Source: Vicugna vicugna
Taxonomy: Eukaryota
Length of the DNA stretch: 64,000 bases
Assembly (NCBI GenBank): GCA_013265495.1
Contig: MU058059.1
Coordinates: forward strand, 4,069,502 to 4,133,501
Reading direction: 5' to 3'
The notes under the pieces were generated by a model. That model was given only the letters and a program-made list of their open reading frames with translations, was not told where the DNA came from and made no database searches. The translations under genes and the position numbers were made by a program. Positions 21,403-34,700 of the stretch are shown here, piece by piece (position 1 is the stretch's first letter; every line of letters begins with the position of its first letter).

Positions 21403-23913
21403 TGGGGTGGCTGTTCTTTTGAGGGGGGTGGGTGCTGGGTAAGTCGGCTGAAGCTGGGCTGAGAAACGGAACCATGGGGATCACCAGGGCCACAGACAAG
21501 CTGGCTGCGGGGATCACCCTTTACAGACCATCCAAGAAGACAGACATGATGAAAATCCGAAAATTCCCAGGAGGAAGCTGAGTGTTAGGTGTCTGCACAC
21601 CCCAAACAATAAAGCCACGTTAAGGGCGAGGCCAGCCCGGCCTCTGTCCTCTAAGGGGCAGGACTAGAAAGCCAAAGGACACGCCTCGCCCTCACACTAA
21701 GCTTCCGTGGACCCACAGCGCGCCCCAGAGGGCGGCTCCCGGAGCCGGCTGCCACGTCGGGCGCCTGCGCATCGCTATCCTCGGGAAGTCCGTCCTCTCC
21801 TACCAAGACCTCGGACACCGAATGTTTTGTGACGAGACCTTTAAAATGTTTTCTAGTTGTATTTGGGGTTACTTGAAACCAGTCATAATCCTGACTGTCA
21901 TAAGTACCAAGAGTGAGCTGTGAAGTCCGATACGTCTTACAACTCTGTTGTTTCTGGCGGGTAGACAAGCGATGGAATACATCAGATAAGTGAATAAAAA
22001 CAGCACAGAACAAACTCACACTTCCTCGAGGCACCCTGCAAATCTGCCCTAGAGCACAGCTAGCTTTTTAAGCGCAGAGTTATTTAAAACTGTTGGTGAA
22101 AACATACGGTCATTATAAACTGGAAATCAGAATTGCTTTTATTAAAATTAAGTGAGTGACTGACCACTAGTATCAAGTCTCAATTATTGTCATGAAAATA
22201 TGATTCCTGGGAAATAGTGTTATCAAAGGTCAGTAACATTGAATGGATTTATCCCAGTACGAAGTTCCGACATGACTTTGCCATTTTTGTGTGTGTGACT
22301 GAGGAAAGGGATTTCCACAGAGATTCTGATTCCTGCAGCAGATTCCACCCCCCCCACCGTACGCTAGTCTTGTTTGGGACAATGAGGGCAAAAGAGGGAG
22401 AAAGACAAATTATGAGGACTTCGTTCAACCCTCCTCCATTTTCATGCTTAAGTCGCCTTCAGTTGCTGGGGGTAGAATTTGCATTATGTCCTTTTCTACG
22501 TTCAGTTTTGGGATCATCTGATGGTTTAGTACATTCGTCCCTTGTGATGTTGAATAAAGGCATCTATCGTTCTAACAGACCCGGCTCCTCAGGACTGCTC
22601 TGCCTGTCTGTGATTAAAAGTTTGCTGCCACGAGGGAGCTTCCACGGAACACAGGTACTTTTCAAACACTAATATCGTGGCTCCGTTAAAAAAAGAGACA
22701 GAAATAGCAGCAGGCAAGGGCAGGTCTTCAATGAAAGATATGCTTCCTGTGTTGTTTTTACAATAGACCTTTTTCTAAGTAACTGAATGTGTTTTCCAAG
22801 TTTTCTTTTTTAAAGCTCTGCTTCTTTACAAAAAAGGAGCAAACTTATCTGGCTTATTTTGAGAGACAGAAGAAGAAACGTATATTCTCTTGTGTTTAGA
22901 ATCAGAATGATTTGATGTTTTGCAGAGTTTCGGTGTGGTTTAAATTAGGGATTGACGTATAGAAAATGTCAAGAAGTTACCCAGAGAGCACAGAATTGAT
23001 ACTCTTCAGAGAGCAGAGTTTGCGGTCTCCAAAGGGCCATCTTTAATTTCGAGGAGCTTTGTGGTTCCCACCCCTCCCGGCTGTGGCCGTGGTCTCTGCA
23101 GAAGCTAATCTGAGGTCCACGCGGGTTTACCAGGGAGACATCTGGACTGAGTGCCTGGGTAAGCTGCACTTGGGTGTTCCCCCTAGAATTATAGGATATT
23201 TTCATGTTTTACCATTAAAAGTGTCCACGGGATCTCACCATTGGCTACAGAATTTGAAGATGTTTACGTTAAATAAACGTCAGGTTTCTCAAAAATGAAT
23301 TCAGTTTCCCTGGACAATTTGTTTTGAGGAAGGATAGAGACTGGCCCCCTTTTATATCCTGTCTATGGGCCCAAGGACAGGTTCTGAAGCTGTGCTGCTG
23401 GAGATGGAGGCTGTCCCTGGAGGTGAGCAGAAGCTCGTGTAAGCTGAGAACTCAGGGTCACAGGTGCTCTTGGGGACCCTGGTGCCTGACGCTTAGACTG
23501 GGAAATGTTTATCGCAGCTAAAATAGCATAAAGTCTCACTTGCCTCTAAGATGTGATTAGAACCCTCATTACCTGAAAGAAACAGAAGTGACCTGTATTA
23601 ATCTTGAGCACCTTCAGTGCCACCTGGAAAAACTACCAGGATGTCCGCTTACAATGACAACATAGGGGACAACCTGACTTGATAGGCCTACTTGAGGGGA
23701 AGGTATTAATATTTAAACAGAGGCTTAGGAGGGGAGGATGGGACTTTGAAACCTATGATGTAACGATCCCATGAAAATTTAACATAAGCGACCATTCTCT
23801 GCCAAGACGCTGGAAAGACTAAGAAGTCTGTGCCCGTGGGGAGAAGACGGTGGGGCTGGGGCCGCGGGGCATGAGCACCCCCCACCCCCCAGCAGGCACC
23901 GCGCGGCTCGTAC

Positions 23914-24056
23914 CATCATGGCAATGAGGGCACAGATGTAACTTTGTTTCATGATGAACTGGAACACAGTGACCATGGCATGGACTTTAACACTCCTTTT
24001 TTCCTCATGGCTCCTCTCCTCCTCAAATTCTTCTTTCTGATCCTCTTCCTCCTTTT
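23914..24056 (-). CDS. PIEZO2: PIEZO2 exon ~12 (143 nt): EKEEEDQKEEFEEERSHEEKRSVKVHAMVTVFQFIMKQSYICALIAMM
   Basis: Acceptor ttcctctag|AA AAG, donor ATG|gtacga. Phase 1 to 0. Confidence 0.94.
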
Positions 24057-24899
24057 CTAGAGGAACAGATTATTTTACAAAAAAAATTATGCAAATGTGT
24101 GAATTTCGCAGAAACATCCCAGGCAGTGCAGCACACGTGTGGTTTGATTTAAGCCATCAGAGATCATTTCCAATCAGCAGAGGCCCTTGGCGTTCAAGCA
24201 GAATCAGCAAGTGGAAGGGGACCCGGCACGGGGACGGGGAGGGTCCCAGTGGTCCCCACCCCCGGGAGTTCCCGCCCCGTGGGACTCTCTCCTGGACTGA
24301 GTTCTCGCGGACAGGATACTCGAGGAGCAAGGGGCTGGTGCTGCCACACATTCACAGGCCTCACGAGATTCCAGAAACTTCCGTCTCTAGGTCAGCGCGG
24401 CAGCTTTTATAATGTTGGTTAGTATTTACACTTTTTTTTAAACAAAATGCCACGCAGGCCCCAAAAACCAAATGTGAGAGGAAGAGCTCCACTCCTGGCC
24501 ACCAGTCTGCTGCCTCTCGTAACAGGCAGCGAGAGAAGAGGCAGGAAGGCATCGTCCAAGCTTCAAGCCTCTCGGTTTTTGAATCAGACGAAAAGAACTT
24601 TCTGCTGACGTTCATTCACTAGCCAGCACACCTGCTGCCGGTGACGGTGAAATCCAATCACAGAAGGGCCAGAACACACATGCGCGCAGACGTCTAACAC
24701 TCTCGACAACCTGACGTGGTTTAGACCGATTTTGGCCTTTTACTCTTCAAAGTTCACCCCGACTAGCCCGCTTGTCTAACGTGCCCAAGGACAGGACACG
24801 CAGAGCCAGGTGTCGGGGTGACGCAGGCAGAAGTTAAGGGAAATGAGCTTGGTCGGAGTGCCCATGGAAGGAAGCAGCGCCTCTCCCAGAAAGCAAGCA

Positions 24900-25530
24900 G
24901 CGGAATCTAGCGAAGACGAGCGCGGGCGGAGGCGCGCAGCTCGCGCGGGAGGGAAGCTCCCGGCTCCTTACCGGCGGCGGCGGCGGCGGGCTCCCAGCGG
25001 TACTGCGGCGTGGAGTACAGGTCGGCCTTGGCGGGGCCGTTCTCCAGGGGCAGGCTGGGGTGGATGCTGTGGTAGTCCACGGGGTTGCCGTTCACGGTCA
25101 CCAGCAGGCCCTGCCGGGGGAGGCGGAGCAAGGGCGCGCTGTGACAGCAGCTCCGGTTCCCGCGCGGACACCCCCGCCCGGCCCCCACCAGGTGGGCAGA
25201 CCGGGCAGTGCAGAGGCGACGGAAAGCTGGGGTGTGAGCATTCCTGCCCCCTCGCCAGACAGTCCTGCTCACCCCCCTTCAAATCTGCTCAGCACGATGC
25301 AGGCGCGACCCTGCCGCAGGCCCGCTGCCCCCCCGCCCCGCCCGCAGCACCCGGCGTGAGCCCCGAGAGGCCCCCACTGGTCTCCCCTCCCCCTCAGCCC
25401 TCCGGGCCCCGCTCCCGACCGTCCCTCCAGCCGTAAGGCGCTCTCCCGGGCCCTGGCCCACACCCCCGGCCCCGCCCCCTCCCAGGGCGGCTCCCCAGGA
25501 CTCAGCAAAGCTTCCGGCTCCAGGCACCCC
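24900..25530. promoter_or_regulatory. CpG-island-like segment spanning exon 11
   Basis: Very high GC and CG density with several ccccgccc motifs. Confidence 0.45.
24972..25110 (-). CDS. PIEZO2: PIEZO2 exon ~11 (139 nt): GLLVTVNGNPVDYHSIHPSLPLENGPAKADLYSTPQYRWEPAAAAA
   Basis: Acceptor ccggcag|GGC, donor GCCG|gtaagg. Phase 0 to 1. Confidence 0.94.
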
Positions 25531-25979
25531 CACGGGGCTCTGCCTGATGCTGCATGTGGGACACTAAGTGCGATTTCTTGGTTTTTTGCCTCCTCTGTCT
25601 CTCTGGCTTTACGATGTTTGATTTATGCATATACGTGTGAACGTACACACGCAGTATACACGTGCGTGTCCCCAGGCGTGCAGCCTTCCTCTCTGACTCG
25701 TGGAACAGGCATATCTGCAGAGCAAAATGCCTTTAAATACACCCTCCAACGTGGCTTTTTAAAACTTTAAGTACATTTTATATGTTTATACTTGAGCTCA
25801 TGTTATATGAGTCAGTGTTTTAACAGCAATAAACCAGATATAATTTCTGCAAAAACATTATTCCAAAACATATGGACATTTTATAGACCATGAAAATGTC
25901 CTCAGAGGGGCTAGTTCCACTGATGTCACCTGTACATCACTTGCACACGCAGAAACGATAATTCTAAGGGTATACTAAC

Positions 25980-26018
25980 ATCAGATGGTTTGTAGTCATC
26001 CTGAGTCATGGATAAAAG
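25980..26018 (-). CDS. PIEZO2: PIEZO2 cassette exon ~10 (39 nt): LLSMTQDDYKPSD
   Basis: Acceptor tcttttgcag|CTT, donor GAT|gttagt. Symmetric phase 0. Peptide matches the PIEZO2 alternative exon as I recall it. Too short for the ORF track. Confidence 0.92.
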
Positions 26019-26549
26019 CTGCAAAAGACAACGCAGGACAGCACGTTAGTAGGTCAGCGGAAAGCACTGTGCGGAGTTTCCCACACACACGCCCGCTCTA
26101 GTGTGTTAGGGCTGCCATGCAACGTCCCGCCAGTGGCCCGAAAGCCCCACACAACAGTCCTGCGGCACCAAAGACACAAAGACAAACAGTGGAGCTGGAT
26201 ACTGCTGTCTGTCATAAGCACGTCCAGCTTCTGACGTACACTGGTGGGGAAGGAGGTGTTACCCACAGGACTCCAAAAGGCGCTCATGTTCCTCAGGTGT
26301 TTTCTGCTAATAGCGTAAGCTGCCTGCTCTAAACTCCCAGGACCCTTTGAGACGTCTGCAGAATTCTCAATTATTGATTTTACAAGACATAGAAAGTTCA
26401 TAGTAAAGAAAATCTGATTTGTAGTGCTAGTTTTGATCATGTTAAGATTTACATATTGTCCACAACAAAAGAATTACGACACGATGGTGCCTTTTAGCTG
26501 TGTTAGTGCCGGGTGCTGGGGCTTCCCTCAGTGACAAGCATCGGCTGAG

Positions 26550-27250
26550 CTAAAGTTCTCCCACGTTTTTTGGGTCAGAACTCGTTCTTGACATTCTTAA
26601 AAATCACTGAGGGGCCCAAAGAGTTTTCGTTTATGCAGGTCCTATCAGGTACCATGCTAGAAATTCAAATTGAGGCATTTAAAAGTATTCCTTTGTGAAA
26701 ATACCATATGGTGTCACTTACATGTGGAATCTAAAAAAAAAAAAAAGACACAAATGAACTTATTTACAAAACAGAAACAGACTCACAGACACAGAAAACA
26801 ACTTATGGTTACCGGGCGGGGGGGGGGAATGGGGTAGGGAGGGATAAATTGGGAGTTCAGGATTTGCAGATACTATTATATATAAAACAGATGAACAGCA
26901 AATTCATACTGTACAGCACAGGGCACTATATTCAATATCTTATAGTAACTCATGGTGGAAAAGAATATGAAAACGAATCCATGTATGTGTATGTATGACT
27001 GAGACGTGACACTGTCCACCAGAAACTGACAGAACATTGTAAACTGGCTATACTTCAATAAAAATATTCCTTTATGAATTCATGAAAAATTTAAAAAATA
27101 CTTGCTAACACAGGTAATTTTATCCAAATAGCTCTATTTTTTAAAAACGCTGAGAAGTGTGGCGGCGGTTTACATCTTCACGGATCTGTTAGCCTCTGGC
27201 TCAGAAGAAGGCAGCCGGCCCCTTCCACCTGGTACGCAGGTGGAGAAGGA
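26550..27250. mobile_element. hAT-Charlie-like DNA transposon remnant interrupted by an L1 3' fragment
   Basis: aaagttctc...cttaaaaatcactgaggggcccaaagagtttt resembles a Charlie-family end. The sequence resumes after the L1 insert. Confidence 0.5.
26700..27060 (+). mobile_element. 5'-truncated L1 3'UTR (cetartiodactyl-type) with target-site duplication
   Basis: tcacttacatgtggaatctaaaa...acagactcacagac...tatacttcaataaaa, flanked by aaagtattcctttgtgaa / aaaatattcctttatgaa. Confidence 0.85.
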
Positions 27251-29023
27251 AAGAGTGTTTCAGGAGCCCTGCAGACAACGCGGCCCCTCTTCCTGGATCT
27301 TACCCAGGCTCAACAAGGGGCAGTGACCTGGAGGTGAGCTGCACTGCGGAGTCTCAACGCACCCCAGGGCGCTTCCACACTCGGTCACAGCAAGTCCCCC
27401 GGCGGCTCCTGCACCCGGAACACGTGGTAACAGCACGTGCTGGGGACGGGCCCCGGGACTACGCAGTGCTTGCAAACACCCACACGGGTCATTGCACAAA
27501 GCGCCGGTCTTCTAAAGTTCCCATTTTCAAAGTCCTCATTTGTCACCGGCAGCGAATGCCATCAGGTCCTTGCCTTGAAGGGACGCATCCCTTCGTCTAT
27601 TTTCAGGTAGCTGTCTGTCAAACGCTCACGCCCAAATGACCCCAAACTGTCAGTCACCTGTTCTTCCATGTAGACCTGGTGCTTGGTGGATGGCAGCTGG
27701 TTCCCCCATGCTCCATTCTGTTAATTGTTTTAGATTCATTTTTGCAGGTCTTTTTTTCCCCTTTTCTTCTTTCGTCCTCTCACAATCGGCCACGTGCTTC
27801 TCACGAGGTCGGCACTTTAGAGGGGCCTCCTCTTTTCTAACTCGGAACATTAACAAGGCATGTGCCCCAAGGTTGAGCTAAGACAAGCAATGCCCATTTC
27901 TGGTTCGTCAAGGGCTCCACCAGGGCCGGGGGCTCCTGCCACGGCCTTGTCTCGTGCTTCTGTACCAGCAGAGCAAGTGTTAGCACGGCAAAGGGCGAAG
28001 GCCCTCAGCGTCATCACACAGGCCGTTCTGAGCTTCGGGTCCCGGGAAGGCCCTCAGGAATCCCCAGGGGACCACAGACAGCGCTCTGGAAGCTATTGTG
28101 CCGTCTGTGTGACATCCCTGCAGAGGGAAGCGGGCGGGACTGCCTGGCAGGTGGCGGGATGAGAGGGAGGCCCGGGAGCCCAGATGCTGCAGGGCGGCAC
28201 CTCTGCTCCACGTGGCTATCAGCTCCCTAAGGCAGTTCATTCCTTGTCGCCCCTGTTCTCAGCCCAGGACGATCGAGCACCACATAAGACCATGCGTCCC
28301 AGAGAAACTCTGCTCTGAGCGAGGAAGTCAGAGCATCCAGTCCCCAACCCTGAACGTGTGAGGAAGCAAGGTGCCGACGCCGGCTGAGACTAGGAGAGCA
28401 CCCGCCGTCACCACGTCCCGGGGGCCTCTGAACAAGCCGGTGCTGCACTGGGCGGGGCTGGGGGTTCAAAGTCATAAGCGAACAGGTGGTGACCAGGTTA
28501 CAAATGCCCTGGCTGTGCTCGGGCCACTGCAGCCACACTGTGGCCCCGAGGCTGGGAGAGGCGCCTCTGAGCGTCCCCCCAGACGGGCCGCTGTCCCCTG
28601 CGGGCTGTGTGGCCGGTCACTGCAGTGGCTGCCTCGACAGAGAGGGATAGGTCTCTGTCACGTGTCTCAGCCCCAAGTCCTTTGCCGCTGGGGCCAGCGG
28701 AACGCTCCCTCACTTTTTGGTTTGTTTCTAATACAAAATTACTACTTCTTAAAAAATTAAGCACATTCTTTCTTTTTAGGGTTAAGAGACTTGAGTGGAA
28801 AGCCCTGAAATAGAAAAAGGTGCCGTCCCGGGCCTGACGGCCCCCGTGCTGTTTCCCCGCAAACCCCCGCCTTCCCCTGCCTGACTGGGCCTCTGGCCCC
28901 GAGCCTTCACCAAACTGCTCCTATACTTGGGGCCGTCTGAGCCCGCACCGGGTACCGCGCGGCTGGGGACGAGCAACGTCACACAAGCACGAGACAGATG
29001 GGAACCCCCTCCCCGAGGCTTAC

Positions 29024-29143
29024 CTTTCTCTCATCGGTGGGGTAGCGGGCGGCGTACCACAGGCTCCTCCTCCTCTCGGCCGTCACGGGGCCCGGGCTGC
29101 AGGCCAGCGCTCCGGCCTCCTCCTTGGTCCCCTCCTCCTGCAC
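29024..29143 (-). CDS. PIEZO2: PIEZO2 exon ~9 (120 nt): VQEEGTKEEAGALACSPGPVTAERRRSLWYAARYPTDERK
   Basis: Acceptor tgtctcag|GTG, donor AAG|gtaagc. Phase 0 to 0. Confidence 0.94.
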
Positions 29144-31149
29144 CTGAGACACAGAAAACCCAGAGGACAGCTCGCCCCGCGGCCCAGGAGACCCAGAGAG
29201 GGCTTGTCGTCTGTCCCCAGGCAATTGTCCTGCACTGTACACAACAGGCGGGGCTTTGTCCAGACAGTATGACAAATGACCAAGATGCTGCTCTGTGAAT
29301 GCTGAGCACGTCGGCACCGCGCGCCCCCGATCCCTGGGAAGCCCCACGCAGCGCAGGAAGAGGCTCTCCTGTGAGGTCACCAAGCCCCCCCGCCTGGACT
29401 CTGAACCGCAGCAGAGAGGAATCATGCAAACACCTCACTGAAGTCACACTGAGCTGGGTAACCCAGCCACGGGCAGTCGTTCACTAAGAAGTAACATATT
29501 AAAGGCAGAATCACCGCGAGCTTCCACGCATCGTTGAGCAAGACCACAGCTAACGCACACAGTGAGACGCCGGTGTGAATCAGACCCCGGGTCCCAGAGA
29601 GACGAGACCGAGAGGGGACAGGGACGCGCTTGGTGACTGAGGATGGTGTCCCACAAGCACGGCCCCACTGAAAGGGCAGAGGGAGGGGACCAAGTCTTCG
29701 GCCTGATCCCTGGGACCAGGGTGCACACGGAGCCCCGCGGGGAGCGCCAGCCCCCTGGGGGAGCCCGCGTATTACGGTACCTCCAGACACCTGCCTCTCC
29801 CTCTGTCTCTCCCAGACGTGTATCGTAGACTTTTACCGCGGGAGTCGTATCTTTTGTAAAACGTGCCAGGCCATCTGGAACCGCGATACGACCAGCCAGC
29901 TGTTCTCCATCAGTGAGGAGGCCCTGCGCCCCGGCCCCACTTCAGATGCAGGCACCCTGAGTGTGGATGCCGATGCGAAGGACACCCTGTTCTCCACACC
30001 CACTGAGGACACAGTGGCTTGTGAGCTGGGGGGCCTGCAGTTAACGGAGCCGAGTCTCTGGGCCCTGAGGGGCTGCGACAGCCTCCCCCTGAGCGTCAGC
30101 CCAGCAGCGCCGGTGCACAGGCCCCGCCTGACACGGCAGGGAGGGCGCCACGGGCACCTGGAATCCGAAGGGGAAAGAAGGCCTTGAAGTGACCTCTACT
30201 GCTGGTTAAGACATTGCTTGGAAAATACTGCAATTTCTTTCGCACACAGTTTTGTGTGAGTGTACACGTCTGTGCCCTGGGTGTTTGTGGAGGAGGTGAA
30301 CACAGTTGCACTTGGCAGGGTTTTACCTGCACACTCGGACTTTAGGACGGAATTGGAGGAAAAAGTAACAAGATGACTGGGGTTCCTCATGACCCCTTAA
30401 GGAATTCTGTCACCAGGCCACTGCCCTCGGTGGGTCCAGGTAAGAGCCACACGGAGGCCCCTGTGAACAAGGATGCTCACCTGTGCAGTGGAGGGGGACT
30501 CACACGGGAGGGAGGCAGGCGGCCCCACCCCTGCAGGGGGCACGTCCACCGGGGCGGATGGACGGGCACCTCAGGGTCTCACTGCACTGACCTGGGCCCC
30601 TGGGTTCTTGGGGGGCTGCTTTTTCTCCTGCAAAATGTGATGCTCCTCCAGTGGGGCCTCATCTCTGGGCCGCTGCTTGACCCCCAGCCCCAGGTCCATG
30701 TCTGAGAAATACCCGCTACTGACTGAAGGCGTGGATGGAGCTGGATGTACAGACGGAAGAGGGGAGGCCGGCGCCACGTCAGGGCCCAAAGCTGGAAGTG
30801 AGGCCTCGCTGGCGAGACGTGGCTTCCAACCAGTGGGCGGCTCCGGACTGTCTACACCACTGTGCCCAGAGACCGCCTGGCGGCGGAGCTGCTCACGGTC
30901 ATCGAGGGGAAGTTAAAGGGACCGGAGTTTTCCATCACTGAAAGGGAAAAACGCGGGCCACAACCCGCCCTGGCCCTGTCCCCAAAAGGGCCACACCCCA
31001 TTGACAGCCCAAAGGGACTCGGCGGGCTGAAGGGCACATCCTGATCCCCAGGCTTCGCGGGGGACCCCCAGGGCTGCCACACCCATCACGTCGGCAGGAC
31101 TTTGAGGTCAGAGGACTGAGGAGACCCCAGTCACCTGGACAACAGGCTG

Positions 31150-31335
31150 TGGCCAAACGTGGGTTTGAACCCGATTTCTATTGTTCAGTAAGTGTGTGAT
31201 GTACCCTCTAACCTCATTCTCCTCATCTTTAAAATGGGTACGACGCCTGGTCTTCAGAGTCACAGAGGGGACTGAATGAGATAATGTATGCAAACAGCCT
31301 TGCAGCTGGCCTGGCACTTAGTAAGGGCTCAGTGC
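31150..31335 (+). mobile_element. MIR remnant
   Basis: tgggtttgaacc...cctcattctcctcatctttaaaatggg...gagataatgtatgcaaa...ctggcacttagtaagggctca. Confidence 0.7.
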
Positions 31336-31569
31336 AAACGAGCCTTCCATCCCTTCACCGCCTACCGCTCTTGGCAGCCCTGGTGACACTCCAGGGAAGC
31401 TAGTCTTTGCTCTGGAGCAGCTGCATTTGCTTAGTGCTCTTTCTAGAAGCAAAACACCCCGACGAGAGCGCTAGAGTTACTCTGGAGCAGAGTGCCACTC
31501 GGTCAGCGGCTACACTGGACTTCCCGGGCTACTCTGCGGAGCAGACCATGAAAACCTGTGGACCCTTAC

Positions 31570-31732
31570 AAGGGGCTCCTGCAGCCAGATGCGGATCAGA
31601 GTGGCCAGCGTGTAGTACATGACCAGCAGGACGATGGGGTTGGCGTGGTGGTACCAGGACAGCTCTGGGTTTGCTATGATCTTCCACGTGCTGGAGCAGT
31701 CTGTCTGAATCACCGACTTGATACCAAACAGC
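31570..31732 (-). CDS. PIEZO2: PIEZO2 exon ~8 (163 nt): LFGIKSVIQTDCSSTWKIIANPELSWYHHANPIVLLVMYYTLATLIRIWLQEPL
   Basis: Acceptor aaacag|G CTG, donor CTT|gtaagg. Phase 2 to 0. Confidence 0.95.
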
Positions 31733-34700
31733 CTGTTTCAAAAACAAAGAAAAATATTAAAAAGATGCACCACAGATCTGTGCCCCATCAAGGGAACAGG
31801 AACAGCCTGCCCTGACGCGTTCCGGAGCTGCTTCCAGGTTAACCCGTCCTCTCCTGAAAGCTTCAGCACTCTCCTGTGTGAACAGCTACACCTTCACACG
31901 GTATCTGTGTGTCCACACGTAACACACACACAACACGTGGCTCTCTACATCACTCACACGTGTGCCAGGGTGTGTGCGTAACATTCATGCCAACGTTAGC
32001 CGGGTGGCCTTTTCACTGTTTCAGACTCCTAGCGAACGCTAAATCCCACCTATCGGAAATCTAGGTTGTGACACACCGATGCAGCCCCTTTAAGCCCTGC
32101 ATTGCCTAGACACCGGGTGTGCAGTGACAGATCTCTCAGCCCTGCTACGTGTGCACGCACTGCTTATGGTAGGCTTTGCATTAGCCACTCAGTTAGCGTC
32201 GGTATTACTGGGAAAATACTAAAGCTGGACACAGTTCTATGATTCAGCGGTAAAAGCCAGCTAGCGGATACTAGATTTCTGTAAGACACGTTTCTGTCAG
32301 ATTTTATTTATGGGCAATTTGACTTTTTTCAAAGCATTAAAATTCATCATATTGTTAATTGTGAAACTTGAAATGGATTTTTAACATTGAGCTTTACTAC
32401 ATAATTAGAACGTATCTGATTACATAACGGGAAACTGTAAAATATGATTCTTTTAGAAAGTCGTTTTATATGAATTTTTTTCTTAGAAATGACTCTACTA
32501 AATGAATGAAGTGTTCAAGTGTTAAGTGCATCTCCTGTCTTTCTAGTGCTCCCAGATTTTACAGGTGAACTTCCTTTGATTTTCATGTCACAGTCTTTGT
32601 TCAGTTACAAGGTTTTCCAAGACCACGTGTTCTTCACTCGTGAAACTGTCACAAGGCCAGTGCAGTATCGGTGAGTTTTGGAACACAGGTTGTAAAGAAA
32701 GCTAAATAGAAACTAAGCTTTCTTCAATTTTGTCAGAAAAACGAGTTACTCTAGAACTTGTCCTATTATAGGTCTTGTCTCCTAGGTGTTGGCAGGCGTT
32801 TTTGCAGTTAGCACTTGAAAGAAACATTTCCTGGTAACAAGAGTTCTATCCCGTCGAGAGCGGGGAAGATTCTGAAAGTCGCTGTGCAGTCCTAGATGGA
32901 AACGCAGATTTCCTGGACAAAGCACACAGAACAGAAAGCTTTCAGGTTTAGGATCGGACGAGCTGGATCATCTCTGGATCATCCCAGGCGATAGGTTTCA
33001 GCTGCAAAGCCTCTCTCTTCCCGCCCCACGCCCGGCACATACGACAGAAATAGCCTCGTCACCCAGCCGTCCGTTTAAAAATAACTGTTTTGCCCAACAG
33101 AAAGCTGGCGGTCATCTCTGCACCTACGTGAGAACTGAATCATGTGCCTCCTACGGAACCCTGTAGCACCTCGGCTCTCGCACCTTCCCGCCGACATGAC
33201 AGCTCGCTCCAGCTGACTCCACACACTCCCGCAGGGCTGCAGCAGGTCGGTCCTGCGTGCGCACGACCAGCGTGCAGACTGACGGACACGGTGGAAGCTG
33301 ACTGCTGTGCCCTGTGAGGAGTTCTCTTCTGACAGGGCTGGGCCAATATCATAAGACCTAGGATCTCTCCCTCTCCCCCTGTGTGTGTCTGTCTCGAGAG
33401 GCTGGATACCAGAGAGAACCCCCCATACAGGACGGGAAGTCTGCACTCCCAGTTCCCATCCCCTTGGCACTGCAGTGCAGGCCGCCAGGCAGTATGCAGC
33501 TATGGGATTATTTCATTGTCTTCCCTCCTCCTTGCAGACTTCCCGTGATCCAGGCTTGTTTCTCGACACTGACCAGACACAGAAGGGCGGTGTCTCATCG
33601 CCCCCCCACCCCCCGCAACTCACTCTGTCTAAGCACAACGCTGTGACGGGCTAGTCTGGTGAGAGCAGGTGTCCCAGAGACCCTCTCCGTCCCTGGGTGT
33701 TTGGGACGCGTGCTGCACGGGGCAGTCAGAAGAACGCTGGGTGTCAGGACTGTCCAAAAAGGGTGGATAAGGACACGAGAGAAAAGTGAAATCCTGAGAA
33801 ACGGGGAGGTGCCGCAGGTCGTGGGGCTGGGCTGGGGAGGGGTCAGAAGGCGGCACGGGGAGACCAAAAGCGACTTCGTTACTGACGGATCATCAAGTAT
33901 TCACTAACTTCCATCCGCCTCAACGGTCGCCGCGTGACTGCTAGCGTCCGCACAGCGGTCTGGGTCCAAACTGACCGCATAATGATGTCCATCTTGTTAA
34001 AATCTACCAGTCCCTGAAAGACCTTAAAACAACTACTTCAATCCATAGAAACGTCTCTTTTCCCGAGAAGTTACAGTGATACTACCACGGGGTAATGCCT
34101 CCCCAATTACTGCTTATTTAGAGGCAGAAAGATACAAGGTTTCTTTCGCATGCATTTGGAAGCCATTTGTTCACGTCGGGCCCGGGCCTAGGGCGATGGT
34201 AATGGAAGCAGGTGCACTTGGCAGGAGGCTCACCGTCTCTGAACATTCAATTCCTTAGAAAGTTGAATAGGGTTGGGGGTGAGGACGGGCTGTGAGCATG
34301 TGGACAAATCATAGGACCTCACGGCTCTTGGAGACAGGTCCCGAGTCACCGACAGTTTCCAGCTGAGACCGAGCAGAGTGGGGCACGCGCTCCTGCATTG
34401 CTGCCTGGCCCGTCTTGCTCCCAATTTCTCTGCCAGCATCTGCATCCGCAGGGCAGCTCCACAGGGTCACCTGGACAGTCCCAGTCCCTAGAGCGGTCTC
34501 CAGCTTCCCTCTCCTCCACGATGTGACCATGGCCAGAGTTACATTCTGAAAACGCCAGATCAGCATGCCGCCTGCCTCTTGCTGTTTCCTGTCCTCCACC
34601 GCCTGGACAGTCACCCCAGGACCCCCAGAGCATCCCTCTCCTCCTTTCTCCCAGACATCCCGGGCCATCTGGGATTTACCGTAAAATCTCAGGCCCTTCG

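Noticed and set aside
22968..23540. Possible minus-strand LTR remnant
   Set aside because: Only a vague resemblance. Family and boundaries cannot be assigned by eye.
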